Shown here in pieces: positions 10,943-19,772 of a stretch of DNA of 64,000 bases. The stretch covers positions 3,808,001 through 3,872,000 of the forward strand of contig CH464491.1 of assembly GCA_000002445.1 (NCBI GenBank). The letters run 5' to 3'. Below the pieces are notes generated by a model that ran no database searches, was not told where the DNA came from, and was given only the letters and a program-made list of their open reading frames with translations. The position numbers and the translations under genes were made by a program. Within the stretch, counting starts at the first letter, position 1. Each line of letters starts with the position of its first letter. This stretch comes from Trypanosoma brucei. Taxonomy: Eukaryota.

Positions 10943-12154
10943 ATGCTTGCAACAGTAGTTTTGTTTGTTGTGGCATTGGGAGTTAGCGTCGGTGATATAA
11001 ACGCCGAGAGGGCGGCGCTGAAGTTGAAGGTAGCTCAAGGGGTTTGTGCAGCAACGAAGGCGCTGAAGTCAGTTCACAGATACACGGTAGAAAAGGTGAA
11101 GGAGGCTGAGGGAAAATTGGAAGATGTACAGAATATGGTGAAACTGGCGAAACTCAAGGTGCTGAGGGAAAAAAAGGCTGGTAGTGTCGATTGCAGAACG
11201 ATGGCGTTTTTCCTCAACTATACAGTGAAGAAGGTGTCCGGTATGATAGAGTTACTTCCGAAAATTAGGGAGCAGGGTTTAAATCTCACGGCGTCAGCGG
11301 GTATAGCTGCAGGGAGATTGGAAGAAATGATAAATGTATTTCACCAACCATCTGACAGGCAGGAGAGTGATATCTTTTTCTGCATTGCAGGTAAACAAGG
11401 TGAAGGAGTTACAAAAAGCGAATTGGCTGACTGCTTCAAGGGTGGGAGGGATGCGATTGACTCTTCCCATTTTGTGGCCTTTGGTGATGCCGAGGCAACG
11501 AAGGGTTGGCAAGATATTTTCAAGGAGAAGGACGGGCTGGAGGGAGCATTGAAGAAACATCTAACAGTGGACGACAACGACCCTAGGTTTACGAGGGGGG
11601 AGGGACGCGGATGTCAGTTGGTACACGGAATGCAGGGAGGGGGATATATCAAGGATGCGAACTTCACGGAGCACATGCTATGGGGGGATGGTATACTTGG
11701 GGTGAAGAAAGATGGAAATGGAACGACTGGATATGTAGGAAGCACGAGGGGTAGCGACTACGATCACGATATTCTTTGGGAGAAGGATCCAACGGCGAGT
11801 GTCCCCAGTCTTCACGCAACCGTAAGTGATTACCACTCTTTCAGTGGTTTGCTGCACAAGTATGACACCATTTACCGCAGTGTTACAGAGGAGTGGACTG
11901 CAGATTTAATCCAGAGAGATCCCGAGGCTACTGATTTGCTAACCGCATCGGAGCTCACCGTCGAGGACGTTGCTGCACTCAACAGCCGCACGAAGCAGGA
12001 GTGGCTTTCCCAGAAACACGCCAAGGAAGCGGACAAGGAGTTTCTAATGACAGAGATACGATTTTGCGGGAAACTGAAACGAAGGGGATTCATCAGACGA
12101 ATGGTGAAGAAGATCCTTGGCGGACTTCGTATAAGTTGGACATCGGAGGGTTAG
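10943..12154 (+). CDS. Secreted/GPI-anchored surface glycoprotein, ESAG6/7-PAG-like (VSG a-type-like), array member 1
   Basis: Signal peptide 'MLATVVLFVVALGVSVG' (ORF opens at 10901; the Met at 10943 starts the hydrophobic leader). Many NxS/T sequons and long heptad helices. Motifs 'AGIAAGRLEEMINVF' and 'WGDGILGVKKDGNGTTG'. Hydrophobic C-terminal GPI-type signal. Confidence 0.6.
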   Translation: MLATVVLFVVALGVSVGDINAERAALKLKVAQGVCAATKALKSVHRYTVEKVKEAEGKLEDVQNMVKLAKLKVLREKKAGSVDCRTMAFFLNYTVKKVSGMIELLPKIREQGLNLTASAGIAAGRLEEMINVFHQPSDRQESDIFFCIAGKQGEGVTKSELADCFKGGRDAIDSSHFVAFGDAEATKGWQDIFKEKDGLEGALKKHLTVDDNDPRFTRGEGRGCQLVHGMQGGGYIKDANFTEHMLWGDGILGVKKDGNGTTGYVGSTRGSDYDHDILWEKDPTASVPSLHATVSDYHSFSGLLHKYDTIYRSVTEEWTADLIQRDPEATDLLTASELTVEDVAALNSRTKQEWLSQKHAKEADKEFLMTEIRFCGKLKRRGFIRRMVKKILGGLRISWTSEG

Positions 12155-12284
12155 CAGTTTGTTTTGTGTGTGTCAACAGTTCTTTATTTGCAAATACGGA
12201 GGTTTGTACTGACTTCTTTGTCAATGGGTATTCGTGCAGGTGTACGTGTAGTGCTGTCTCTTTATTCCTGAAGTTATTGCCATT

Positions 12285-13394
12285 ATGAGGTTCATGCTAA
12301 GGTTAGTTATGTTGCTTGGTGTCCCCGTTGTATTTGCGGATGTGGCTACTATTGATAACAAACCACTGTCTAACAAAACAGTAGAGAGCATTTGTGATTT
12401 GTCAAAGATGTTGAAATTTGGGGTTCGTGCTTATGTCCTCAGTAAGACAAGGGAAGTGGAAGAGAAGTTGAAAGAGGTGACAATAGTAGGGAATTATGCG
12501 AAGCTGAAGATGCTGACGGGTAATTTAAGTGGCTTTGAGTGCGCCCAAAAGAAAATATACGTTACACATACACTGGAAACGAAAAGGGCAAGGATCAGTG
12601 ATTTGTTTAGGGACATGTGGAGCACAGGGGCGAAGCTGGTAGGCTCGTCAGGTCTTGTAGCAGGGAGGTTGGACGAGTTGGTAAATGTGTTTGCAAGTGC
12701 ATGGGCGAACGAAAGTCATTACTGTGCCCAAGGCTTTAAAAAAATTGTTACTTGCAATACATCAAAAGATAGTAGTGTGTCCTTAGAAGATTTTGACCGC
12801 AAGGGTCTAGCAAGTATTGTGGATGAAACACTCAGCATTAACAGCGATGAAGTGTTAGAAAACAAGAGCACTAGTTGCCTGCTAACTCAGGGGTTCAATG
12901 GGGGAGGATATCTGAAATACTCAAACAGCCAAGATCAAACTAAGAGTTCCGGACTGAAAAGGAATCTTGTTTGGGGTGACGGAATATTTGGTATCAGGAG
13001 AGACGGAAATGGTAGTACCTCGTCTCAAGGTATTGTTTCTAGTGCAGAGTATCCGACGGATGTCATGTGGGAGCACCAGCCATCAAAAATGATTCCCATT
13101 ATCAAATCGACAGTGAAAGATTTTGTAGACTTTCAAAAAGGCTTTAAGGAAATTGGCGTTGAGTTGAGGGCCCTTTTTAAGGAGTTGAAAGCGAAGGGTA
13201 TGATGACCACTGTGGCTGACAGTGATATTGCCGACAGTGATCAGCAGCTACTGAACCACAATTTCAAGATGTGCGGGAAGTTTTCTGTTGGAAAGGGAGA
13301 TTATTTTAAAGGGAGTGGGGTAGTGGGTCATACCACGTTGGGTGGAAACTGCATGCGTGCTGTTTTTTTTGTATTCTCTGTGGTATTGTGGTAA
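12285..13394 (+). CDS. Secreted/GPI-anchored surface glycoprotein, same sub-family as member 1, array member 2
   Basis: Signal peptide 'MRFMLRLVMLLGVPVVFA'. Motifs 'GLVAGRLDELVNVF' and 'WGDGIFGIRRDGNGSTS' are paralogous to member 1. C-terminal 'GGNCMRAVFFVFSVVLW' is a GPI-signal-like tail. Confidence 0.6.
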   Translation: MRFMLRLVMLLGVPVVFADVATIDNKPLSNKTVESICDLSKMLKFGVRAYVLSKTREVEEKLKEVTIVGNYAKLKMLTGNLSGFECAQKKIYVTHTLETKRARISDLFRDMWSTGAKLVGSSGLVAGRLDELVNVFASAWANESHYCAQGFKKIVTCNTSKDSSVSLEDFDRKGLASIVDETLSINSDEVLENKSTSCLLTQGFNGGGYLKYSNSQDQTKSSGLKRNLVWGDGIFGIRRDGNGSTSSQGIVSSAEYPTDVMWEHQPSKMIPIIKSTVKDFVDFQKGFKEIGVELRALFKELKAKGMMTTVADSDIADSDQQLLNHNFKMCGKFSVGKGDYFKGSGVVGHTTLGGNCMRAVFFVFSVVLW

Positions 13395-13495
13395 CTGCAA
13401 TTCTAATGAGTGCTCTCCTTTTTGTTGTATGGAAACACTTATTCTGCTTACGCGATCCAAATATTTCTCATAAACTTTTAATTTTTAAAGTGAGA

Positions 13496-14872
13496 ATGGA
13501 AAAGCTTGGAATATTGCTTTTGGCTACCACTACGTTTGTAGTTGGGACAACTACGGAAAATAAGGAAAACCTCCGCAATCAGCAAGAATTTAATCAACTA
13601 TGCAGGATTTTGAGACTTGTGGAAGGGGATCCAGGACAAGTCGTTAAGGAGCCTCCAAACTTGGGAATCCTCATAGAAGTGCTCCAAAAAATGGTGAAGG
13701 CAACCTTTGTAAAGGAGTCGTCTTACCAAGAAGCAGTTGATGCAAGGGAAAAATGGAAGAGCACAGACAGTACGGTCGAAACAAAGAATATTATGGATAA
13801 GCAACGTGCGGATGATTTGGTGAGGTATAAGATTACACACGAGAAACTCAAGAAACTCCTCGCGAAAGCCAAGATGCTGGTGAGCAGGATCAAGGAGGAA
13901 AGGTACTTGGCATATGTATCGAGGAATGCTGCACTAGAGAAGATGGCGAAAGTTGTATATGGAAGCAGCGCAGAAAAAATGTTCAGGAATGAAACTGAAT
14001 TTGAAAAGTTTTTGGCCAATTCACAAGGCACAATAGTGGGTAAAACGGCCAAGGAGACATGTGGGATGTCAAATGATAAAATGAAGAATGTAAGTTTTGC
14101 GGGTTACTCACTGGTTGGAGACTTTTTCTGCTTGTGTGTTGGTGAAAATAATAATGCCACGCTATGCGACAAAAGCTTCAGTGGACCCAGGGAGGAGCAT
14201 AAGTGGACAAAAGTGATGTTTGAGGACAAACTTGTTGACTTTGCTGCTGGTTGGTTTAAGATAAGAGGTTTGTGTTATGTCAATGCCACGAGTGGAATAA
14301 AGGATGTGGTAACTCCAGAAAATATTAGCACGGAGATTGTAGCCTTCAACAAGATGCTTGGAAGACAGCGGGATGATGTTCAAATTTATCGAAGAGAAGC
14401 CGAATCATATCGACAGTACATTCTTGGGAGGGTTGAGCAAGTAGGATTTACTGACAGTGCAATATGCACTGGAGAGCACCAGCATATGTGTGTAAATTAC
14501 GCACAATGCTTGGTCTCGAATAAAGGTATTCCATGGCAACTCAAGCTAATGGAGGCAGAGGAGGATCTAGAGGATGTGGAAAAACATAACATGGAGGTGC
14601 ATGTGCTAATTGGGAGGTTGGATAAACTCATTGAGAAAATCAAGAAAGCAGCAGAGCAACTCAGTCAAGAGATGGAAGGAATTGATGTTGCAGTTGAGAA
14701 GGTTCAGTTGCTGGAGGAAGAGATCGAAGAAAATGAAACCACGGGAAAAAGTGAGGCAACCGCAGGAGAGTTTAATGATAATGCGCAACCTGAGGAGGGG
14801 AGTTTAGATAAATGTGAATATTGGGGTATGTTTTCTATTTTGTTCGGGGTTGTAGCATTTAGCCTCGTGTAA
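13496..14872 (+). CDS. Secreted/GPI-anchored surface glycoprotein, second sub-family, array member 3
   Basis: ORF opens at 13388 overlapping the previous gene. The Met at 13496 begins signal peptide 'MEKLGILLLATTTFVVG'. Motifs 'DFFCLCVGE' and 'CTGEHQHMCVNYAQCLVSNKGIPWQ', then an acidic coiled-coil stalk. C-terminal 'WGMFSILFGVVAFSLV'. Confidence 0.6.
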   Translation: MEKLGILLLATTTFVVGTTTENKENLRNQQEFNQLCRILRLVEGDPGQVVKEPPNLGILIEVLQKMVKATFVKESSYQEAVDAREKWKSTDSTVETKNIMDKQRADDLVRYKITHEKLKKLLAKAKMLVSRIKEERYLAYVSRNAALEKMAKVVYGSSAEKMFRNETEFEKFLANSQGTIVGKTAKETCGMSNDKMKNVSFAGYSLVGDFFCLCVGENNNATLCDKSFSGPREEHKWTKVMFEDKLVDFAAGWFKIRGLCYVNATSGIKDVVTPENISTEIVAFNKMLGRQRDDVQIYRREAESYRQYILGRVEQVGFTDSAICTGEHQHMCVNYAQCLVSNKGIPWQLKLMEAEEDLEDVEKHNMEVHVLIGRLDKLIEKIKKAAEQLSQEMEGIDVAVEKVQLLEEEIEENETTGKSEATAGEFNDNAQPEEGSLDKCEYWGMFSILFGVVAFSLV

Positions 14873-15006
14873 TGTTTTTGTTTGACGTTGGTGTTATGGT
14901 GATGAATCTCTTTGTTTGACCTGACTGATTAAGGCGAAAATAACGCTGCTGATAACTTTGTACCTCCCTTTTCCACCTTTTACCTCTTAAGATATAAACA
15001 ACAACA

Positions 15007-16374
15007 ATGAGGAGTGAAATAGTGCTTGTTGTTGGGTTGTTTTTAACTGTTTTATTCTCTTCTCCACAGGGTGATTTGGCTGGATATAAATGGAGCACAG
15101 AATCTATTAACTGGAGTGCGATTACGAAACTCATTGGAGTCAATGACGAGTACCATAACGCTGGCGAGTTCGAAGCTCTTTGCAAGATTTACAGAATCAC
15201 GCAGGCAGAAGCCCCGCAGCCTTTCTTTAAGAATCGTGAGAGGGAAGGTGAGATTGTGAAGAAGTTGCAGGAAATGATCAGTGAGACGGAGGCTGCGGGT
15301 GGTAATAAAGTTTTGAATAAATCAGCTAACAGCACAACAGCATATCAGGAGATAAAGAAACTTCTTGAAAAGGCGAAAAAGCTGAAGGAAGAAATAGAAG
15401 TCAACAGGACAAAAGCCTTGAATGCAAGTCGCTCTGCTGAAGAAAATATGCTGAGGGCTGTGTATGGCGATGCTGTGGATGTGGCAAGAAATGGGAATAA
15501 AACATTGGAGGAGGCCATGAGGGGAAACAAGTCACTGCTGTTCAATAGTGTTGATGATGCAGGTACAAGTTGTGGTTCTTACGGAGAGAAGCTGGTTGGC
15601 AAGACACTAATCAATGACTTTTTCTGCCTATGTGTGGGAGAGGCTAAGAACGTGAAAATAAAGCAAAATCTTCTGCACCCCGGGCATGTCACACCTTATG
15701 ACGGTGTGTATAATGGATACAATTGTCCCTGCAAGGATGAAATAAGGAGACCGAAAAGCGGCAGTTGGACTATGATGGCTGAATATTGTAAAGGTGGCGA
15801 AGACATTTGTAACCCTGACAACGTAACATATGACCATACTGAAGCATGGGACGTGATCAGTAAAGCTTGTGTATACAAAAATGTTGCATCTAATGTAAAA
15901 ACCTTGAAGAGTGCACTGGCTCAGTTTGATGCGTTGTTGAATTTGGAACAGGATGAGTATCAAGTCAGGGGTATTTTTGGTTATGTTAGAACGGAAAATA
16001 ACGAAAATCGCACGTGCACAGGTCACACTGCTGGGTTTACATGTGTCAGTTACAATCACACACTTGAAAATGGTGGAATTCCTTGGTACAACCGCCTTAC
16101 TAATGCTACCGAGCAACTACAAGAAATGGCAAAGTATGCCAAAGAAGCTGACAGTCATCTTCATGAATTGGAAGAGTACCAACATGAGGCAGAGGAAATA
16201 TTTCTTGAGGTGAAACTTGGTGGTGATGCAGAGCTGTGGAAAAATAGCCGAGCTCAAGGTGAAAGTGACAGTGAAGGTTATGATACTGGGGTAAATAATG
16301 ATGGACTTACTCATTTGAATGTGGAAACTGGGGGGTTTACATTATTAATTTTATCTCTTATTTGTATCTTTTAG
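15007..16374 (+). CDS. Secreted/GPI-anchored surface glycoprotein, second sub-family, array member 4
   Basis: Signal peptide 'MRSEIVLVVGLFLTVLFSS'. Shares 'NDFFCLCVGEAKN' and 'CTGHTAGFTCVSYNHTLENGGIPWY' with member 3. C-terminal 'GGFTLLILSLICIF'. Confidence 0.6.
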   Translation: MRSEIVLVVGLFLTVLFSSPQGDLAGYKWSTESINWSAITKLIGVNDEYHNAGEFEALCKIYRITQAEAPQPFFKNREREGEIVKKLQEMISETEAAGGNKVLNKSANSTTAYQEIKKLLEKAKKLKEEIEVNRTKALNASRSAEENMLRAVYGDAVDVARNGNKTLEEAMRGNKSLLFNSVDDAGTSCGSYGEKLVGKTLINDFFCLCVGEAKNVKIKQNLLHPGHVTPYDGVYNGYNCPCKDEIRRPKSGSWTMMAEYCKGGEDICNPDNVTYDHTEAWDVISKACVYKNVASNVKTLKSALAQFDALLNLEQDEYQVRGIFGYVRTENNENRTCTGHTAGFTCVSYNHTLENGGIPWYNRLTNATEQLQEMAKYAKEADSHLHELEEYQHEAEEIFLEVKLGGDAELWKNSRAQGESDSEGYDTGVNNDGLTHLNVETGGFTLLILSLICIF

Positions 16375-16576
16375 TTTGATTCTATGCCACCAACTATATT
16401 ATGTTATGCCATGTTTTTTTATTTCGTTTCTTTGTTGTGTTTGAAATGATATGGTGCATGCATATATGCATATACATGACTGCATCACTGTGTATTTGTG
16501 TTTTTCTCACGATATGAAACTGTATTAATTACCCTTTAGATATTTTCTTCTCTCATTTAGATAAACAATAAAGGAA

Positions 16577-17707
16577 ATGTCTCTGTTTATTGCAGCGGTG
16601 TATTTGACAGCGTTGACCGTGGTTGAGGTGGTCATGGGGAAGCATGCTGGTAAGGCCATGACTGAGAAGGATGCCGAGACATTGTGTAATCTTAGCTATG
16701 CTTTGAGGGTTGTGAGCGCTGACATTCAAAGAAAGCAAAAAGATGCGACTGCAAAGGTGGATGAAGTGCGAGAGTGGCGGCACCGGCATGGTGTAAAGGG
16801 GAGGACATGGAAAGCAATAGTACAGGGTTTGGAGAAGATAAGGGTTGTTAATGAAAGTTACATGGAAGGTATAAAGAAAACATATGGGGAAATGGAAAAG
16901 ATAATGAACGGTACGGATAGTGCCCTTTTGATAATGGATACTAGTTTTTTAAGCATTGTGAGAGTGTCCTATCATGTTGTGAATGCGTCAGAATCTATTG
17001 GACAGGTATTGAGGGATCTGGTGGTGATGTTTGAGAAAACGAAGGATGAAAAAGATAGTTGGTGCTGTTTGGTGAAAGGTAAAGAAGCGTTGAGTGGCGA
17101 AGGATGTGGAAATGGTGGGGATGGTAATGATCAGAAATACAAAGTGGTTGGTATACCCGAAAAATGTAAGACATCTGTTACTGTGAATACAACGAGCGAA
17201 GGAATAATGACATTACTAAAAGAACATGAGAGAAGTCAAGAAATCGAATTTACAACTAATGAGAGACCGAATTGCTGGATCATGGGTACGGAAAAAGTTG
17301 CTAATGGAGGAGCTGGATCTTTCATAGTGGGAGCTACTGGAGGCTTTGTTACGTACCGTAACGGCGATGCTGTTACTCTGAGATCTCAGAATATGATACC
17401 CGAACTCATCAAGAACTACACCTTAGTTAGAAAGGGATATGAAAGTATCAAGGACAAATACAATAAGTTAAAACCAAATTTTGGACCTTTTGATGAACAC
17501 GAAAACCAACTAAAAGAATTGTTAACTCAGAGCCCGATGGTACGTAGGTATTTCAAGGAGAGTGGGAAGAAGCGCAAGGGAGGTGAGGATGATGATGATG
17601 TAATAGATGATGAAGGATCCTCCATGAGAAAACAATGGGCGGCAGCAGGCGTAATCTCTCGCTGCAGTTCTAGTTTTGTAGCTTTATCATTTTGCACGGT
17701 ATTGTAG
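16577..17707 (+). CDS. Secreted/GPI-anchored surface glycoprotein, divergent array member 5
   Basis: Signal peptide 'MSLFIAAVYLTALTVVEVV'. N-glycosylation sequons. Cys pair 'WCCLVKG' at a position analogous to 'FFCIAGK' in member 1. Acidic stretch, then hydrophobic tail 'SSFVALSFCTVL'. Confidence 0.55.
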   Translation: MSLFIAAVYLTALTVVEVVMGKHAGKAMTEKDAETLCNLSYALRVVSADIQRKQKDATAKVDEVREWRHRHGVKGRTWKAIVQGLEKIRVVNESYMEGIKKTYGEMEKIMNGTDSALLIMDTSFLSIVRVSYHVVNASESIGQVLRDLVVMFEKTKDEKDSWCCLVKGKEALSGEGCGNGGDGNDQKYKVVGIPEKCKTSVTVNTTSEGIMTLLKEHERSQEIEFTTNERPNCWIMGTEKVANGGAGSFIVGATGGFVTYRNGDAVTLRSQNMIPELIKNYTLVRKGYESIKDKYNKLKPNFGPFDEHENQLKELLTQSPMVRRYFKESGKKRKGGEDDDDVIDDEGSSMRKQWAAAGVISRCSSSFVALSFCTVL

Positions 17708-19772
17708 GCAACAGTTTTATTATTGGGATTATTCACTTTTTGTATATTATGTTTGTGTGTGATGAAATTGTGGCTCTTCCTCCGCTTGATAAACTGATGT
17801 AGCGTAGTGCAGATGATGATGCACCTCGCGGTGAAGTTAGCAATCTTAACCCGTTTTTTTTTTGCAGTATTGAGGCAGAATACGTTGAGTGCTTTTCTAT
17901 TAATGTTGAAGAAGTTGATAGAGTGCTCGAGTCCATATGTTATCTTAGTTGCCTTTCGAGCACATTAAACAGGTTGTACACCGATGGTGAGCAGGAGCTG
18001 TTTGTGAACGAGGAGGTGCACGCAAATGTGTCTCGTATAGTAGGGGCGATATGGAAGGGGAAAGCAAGTTCGAGCACGGAACAGCGTGGTGTTATTAGCG
18101 GTGCAGTGGAAGAACGTACCGAAATAAGCTGGAATACCTCACATCATATGGGAATGGAATGGGAAATCTTTCGGAGAAAATTGGTGGATTATTCGCTAAA
18201 GTTAGTGACGGTGTAGGTGAGTGGGGAATCTACTACCTTGCACCTCCTGCACGCAATTAAATGTTATACGGCCATTGCGGATGTAGTTAGTACGATATGG
18301 AATGATGTTGTGGTGAAGCATGGATCCTCAATATGGATAAATGCAAACATCAAGTTTGAAGGACGAGTGTGATTACCAAACGTGTCCATTAGGATGTGGC
18401 GTCAGGAAAAGTGCTCTTAGAAAAAAAAAGGAAGGGAGGCTGCTCTTGTGTGGTGCAAGCAAGTGCCCGATGCCACGGATAAATTTAGACGCTTGTGGGG
18501 TTATGAACAACCCAAGTAATGTTCTGAAATGGAAAGACAGTCGTTTCTTCTTTCCAACGACGGATGTCCGTGATGTCTTCACTCCCCTCATCGTTTCTTC
18601 TGCTAGTCAACTACCTTCGAGACTCTCGGATATGATCGCAAATGTAACTTCCTTCCACTCACACTTCAACGAAACCCGCAGTAAGTTTATGTCACGTACC
18701 CACGACACTCTCCTTGTCACCGCGGGTAGAGATTCCGCTTTTAACAATCACGCATGTACGAGTTATCTCCTCTGCTCGTAACATTCCCACATTGATACCT
18801 CTGCGTGCGTGTTTTCTTTTTCTACTGTTATGTCCTCATGAGCCCCTTTTAATTCTGTGGTAAGGGCAATATTTCAAACACGTATGTGTGGCCGTGGGTG
18901 TTACTTTTTGTGTCAGGAATCACGATTGCTACGCGTTGCATTTGCTCCGAGACCGCCGACGCGGTTAATAACTTGTGCGACCAACTTGAGTTCGGGTGTG
19001 AGCGCTCGCTTTTGTGACGAGTGCGCGGCGGCCTTAATGTTGCAATCGTGATGTGATTCGGGTTAAAATGAGGTATCGAGTGGCGTGAGATGCAGCGATA
19101 CCGCATGCTATCGGTAATGGTGCAAGAGATAGAGGTTACTTAAGCTTATACTTGAGCCTAAACAATGCACTTGACGGTTTGTCAAACGCGTCACCACGCG
19201 TGCGCCTATCGTTGTGCTTTTTTTTTTTTTAGTAGAAGGGCGCGCATGTCATGAATGACTCACGCGATTTTTTTCTTCATAAAAAGAGGGTGGACGATAC
19301 CGCAACGGCCGGTTGGGAAAAGCCGCTCATTGCAGAGTGCGGCTCTATAATAAGTTCACGCATGTGAATGTTGCGTGTTGTGAGGAGGAACCCAACTCCC
19401 TCTCGTGTCGTTGTGGCCCCGTTTCTATGAGAAATTCATCCCCTGAAAGTGTGTTTGTGTGTGGGAAAAGCAAGCAATGACTGGGAGTTGATCAGTAAAC
19501 AAGCTGTGGCTAACTGAGCCCCAAAGTTCCACTTCGTTGCGCGGTTAACCCCAGTGAAAGGAAAGCAGCGGGCAACAATCGTCGGAAAACGGGATGCATC
19601 TGCAGAACGCGATAACTGGCGAGAAAACGTTTTTTTTTTTTAAATCCAAGCTCGCAGGCAGTTAATGTAAAAGCAACTTAAAAAGAACTAAGAGCCCAAA
19701 GTAAGGATTATAACAGGACGGGTAAAAAAATAAATAAATAAATAAACGCGTTAAAGTTAACCGGTAAAAGGG
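17708..19772. other. Convergent strand-switch region between plus- and minus-strand gene clusters (probable Pol II termination zone)
   Basis: All supported genes upstream are on the plus strand and all downstream ones on the minus strand. Only short unsupported ORFs fall in this 2 kb interval. T-runs at about 19210-19230 and 19621-19635, and (AAAT)n at 19725-19750. Confidence 0.6.

Noticed and set aside
12285-14872. Apparent 7-nt overlap between ORFs 12285-13394 and 13388-14872
   Set aside because: The downstream ORF only appears to start at 13388 because its frame happens to be open. Its first 36 residues are not a leader. The Met at 13496 begins a canonical signal peptide, which leaves a normal ~100 nt spacer. 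This is a start-calling artifact, not a real gene overlap.
17923-18781. ORFs of 97 and 146 aa inside the convergent strand-switch region
   Set aside because: No signal peptide, motif or similarity I can recognise. They sit where both flanking transcription units end, so they are more likely chance ORFs in moderately GC-rich spacer.
17708-19772. tRNA or other Pol III gene in the strand-switch region
   Set aside because: I scanned by eye for GGTTCGANTCC-type B boxes and cloverleaf-sized GC-rich blocks on both strands and found nothing convincing. Not excluded without tRNAscan/Infernal.
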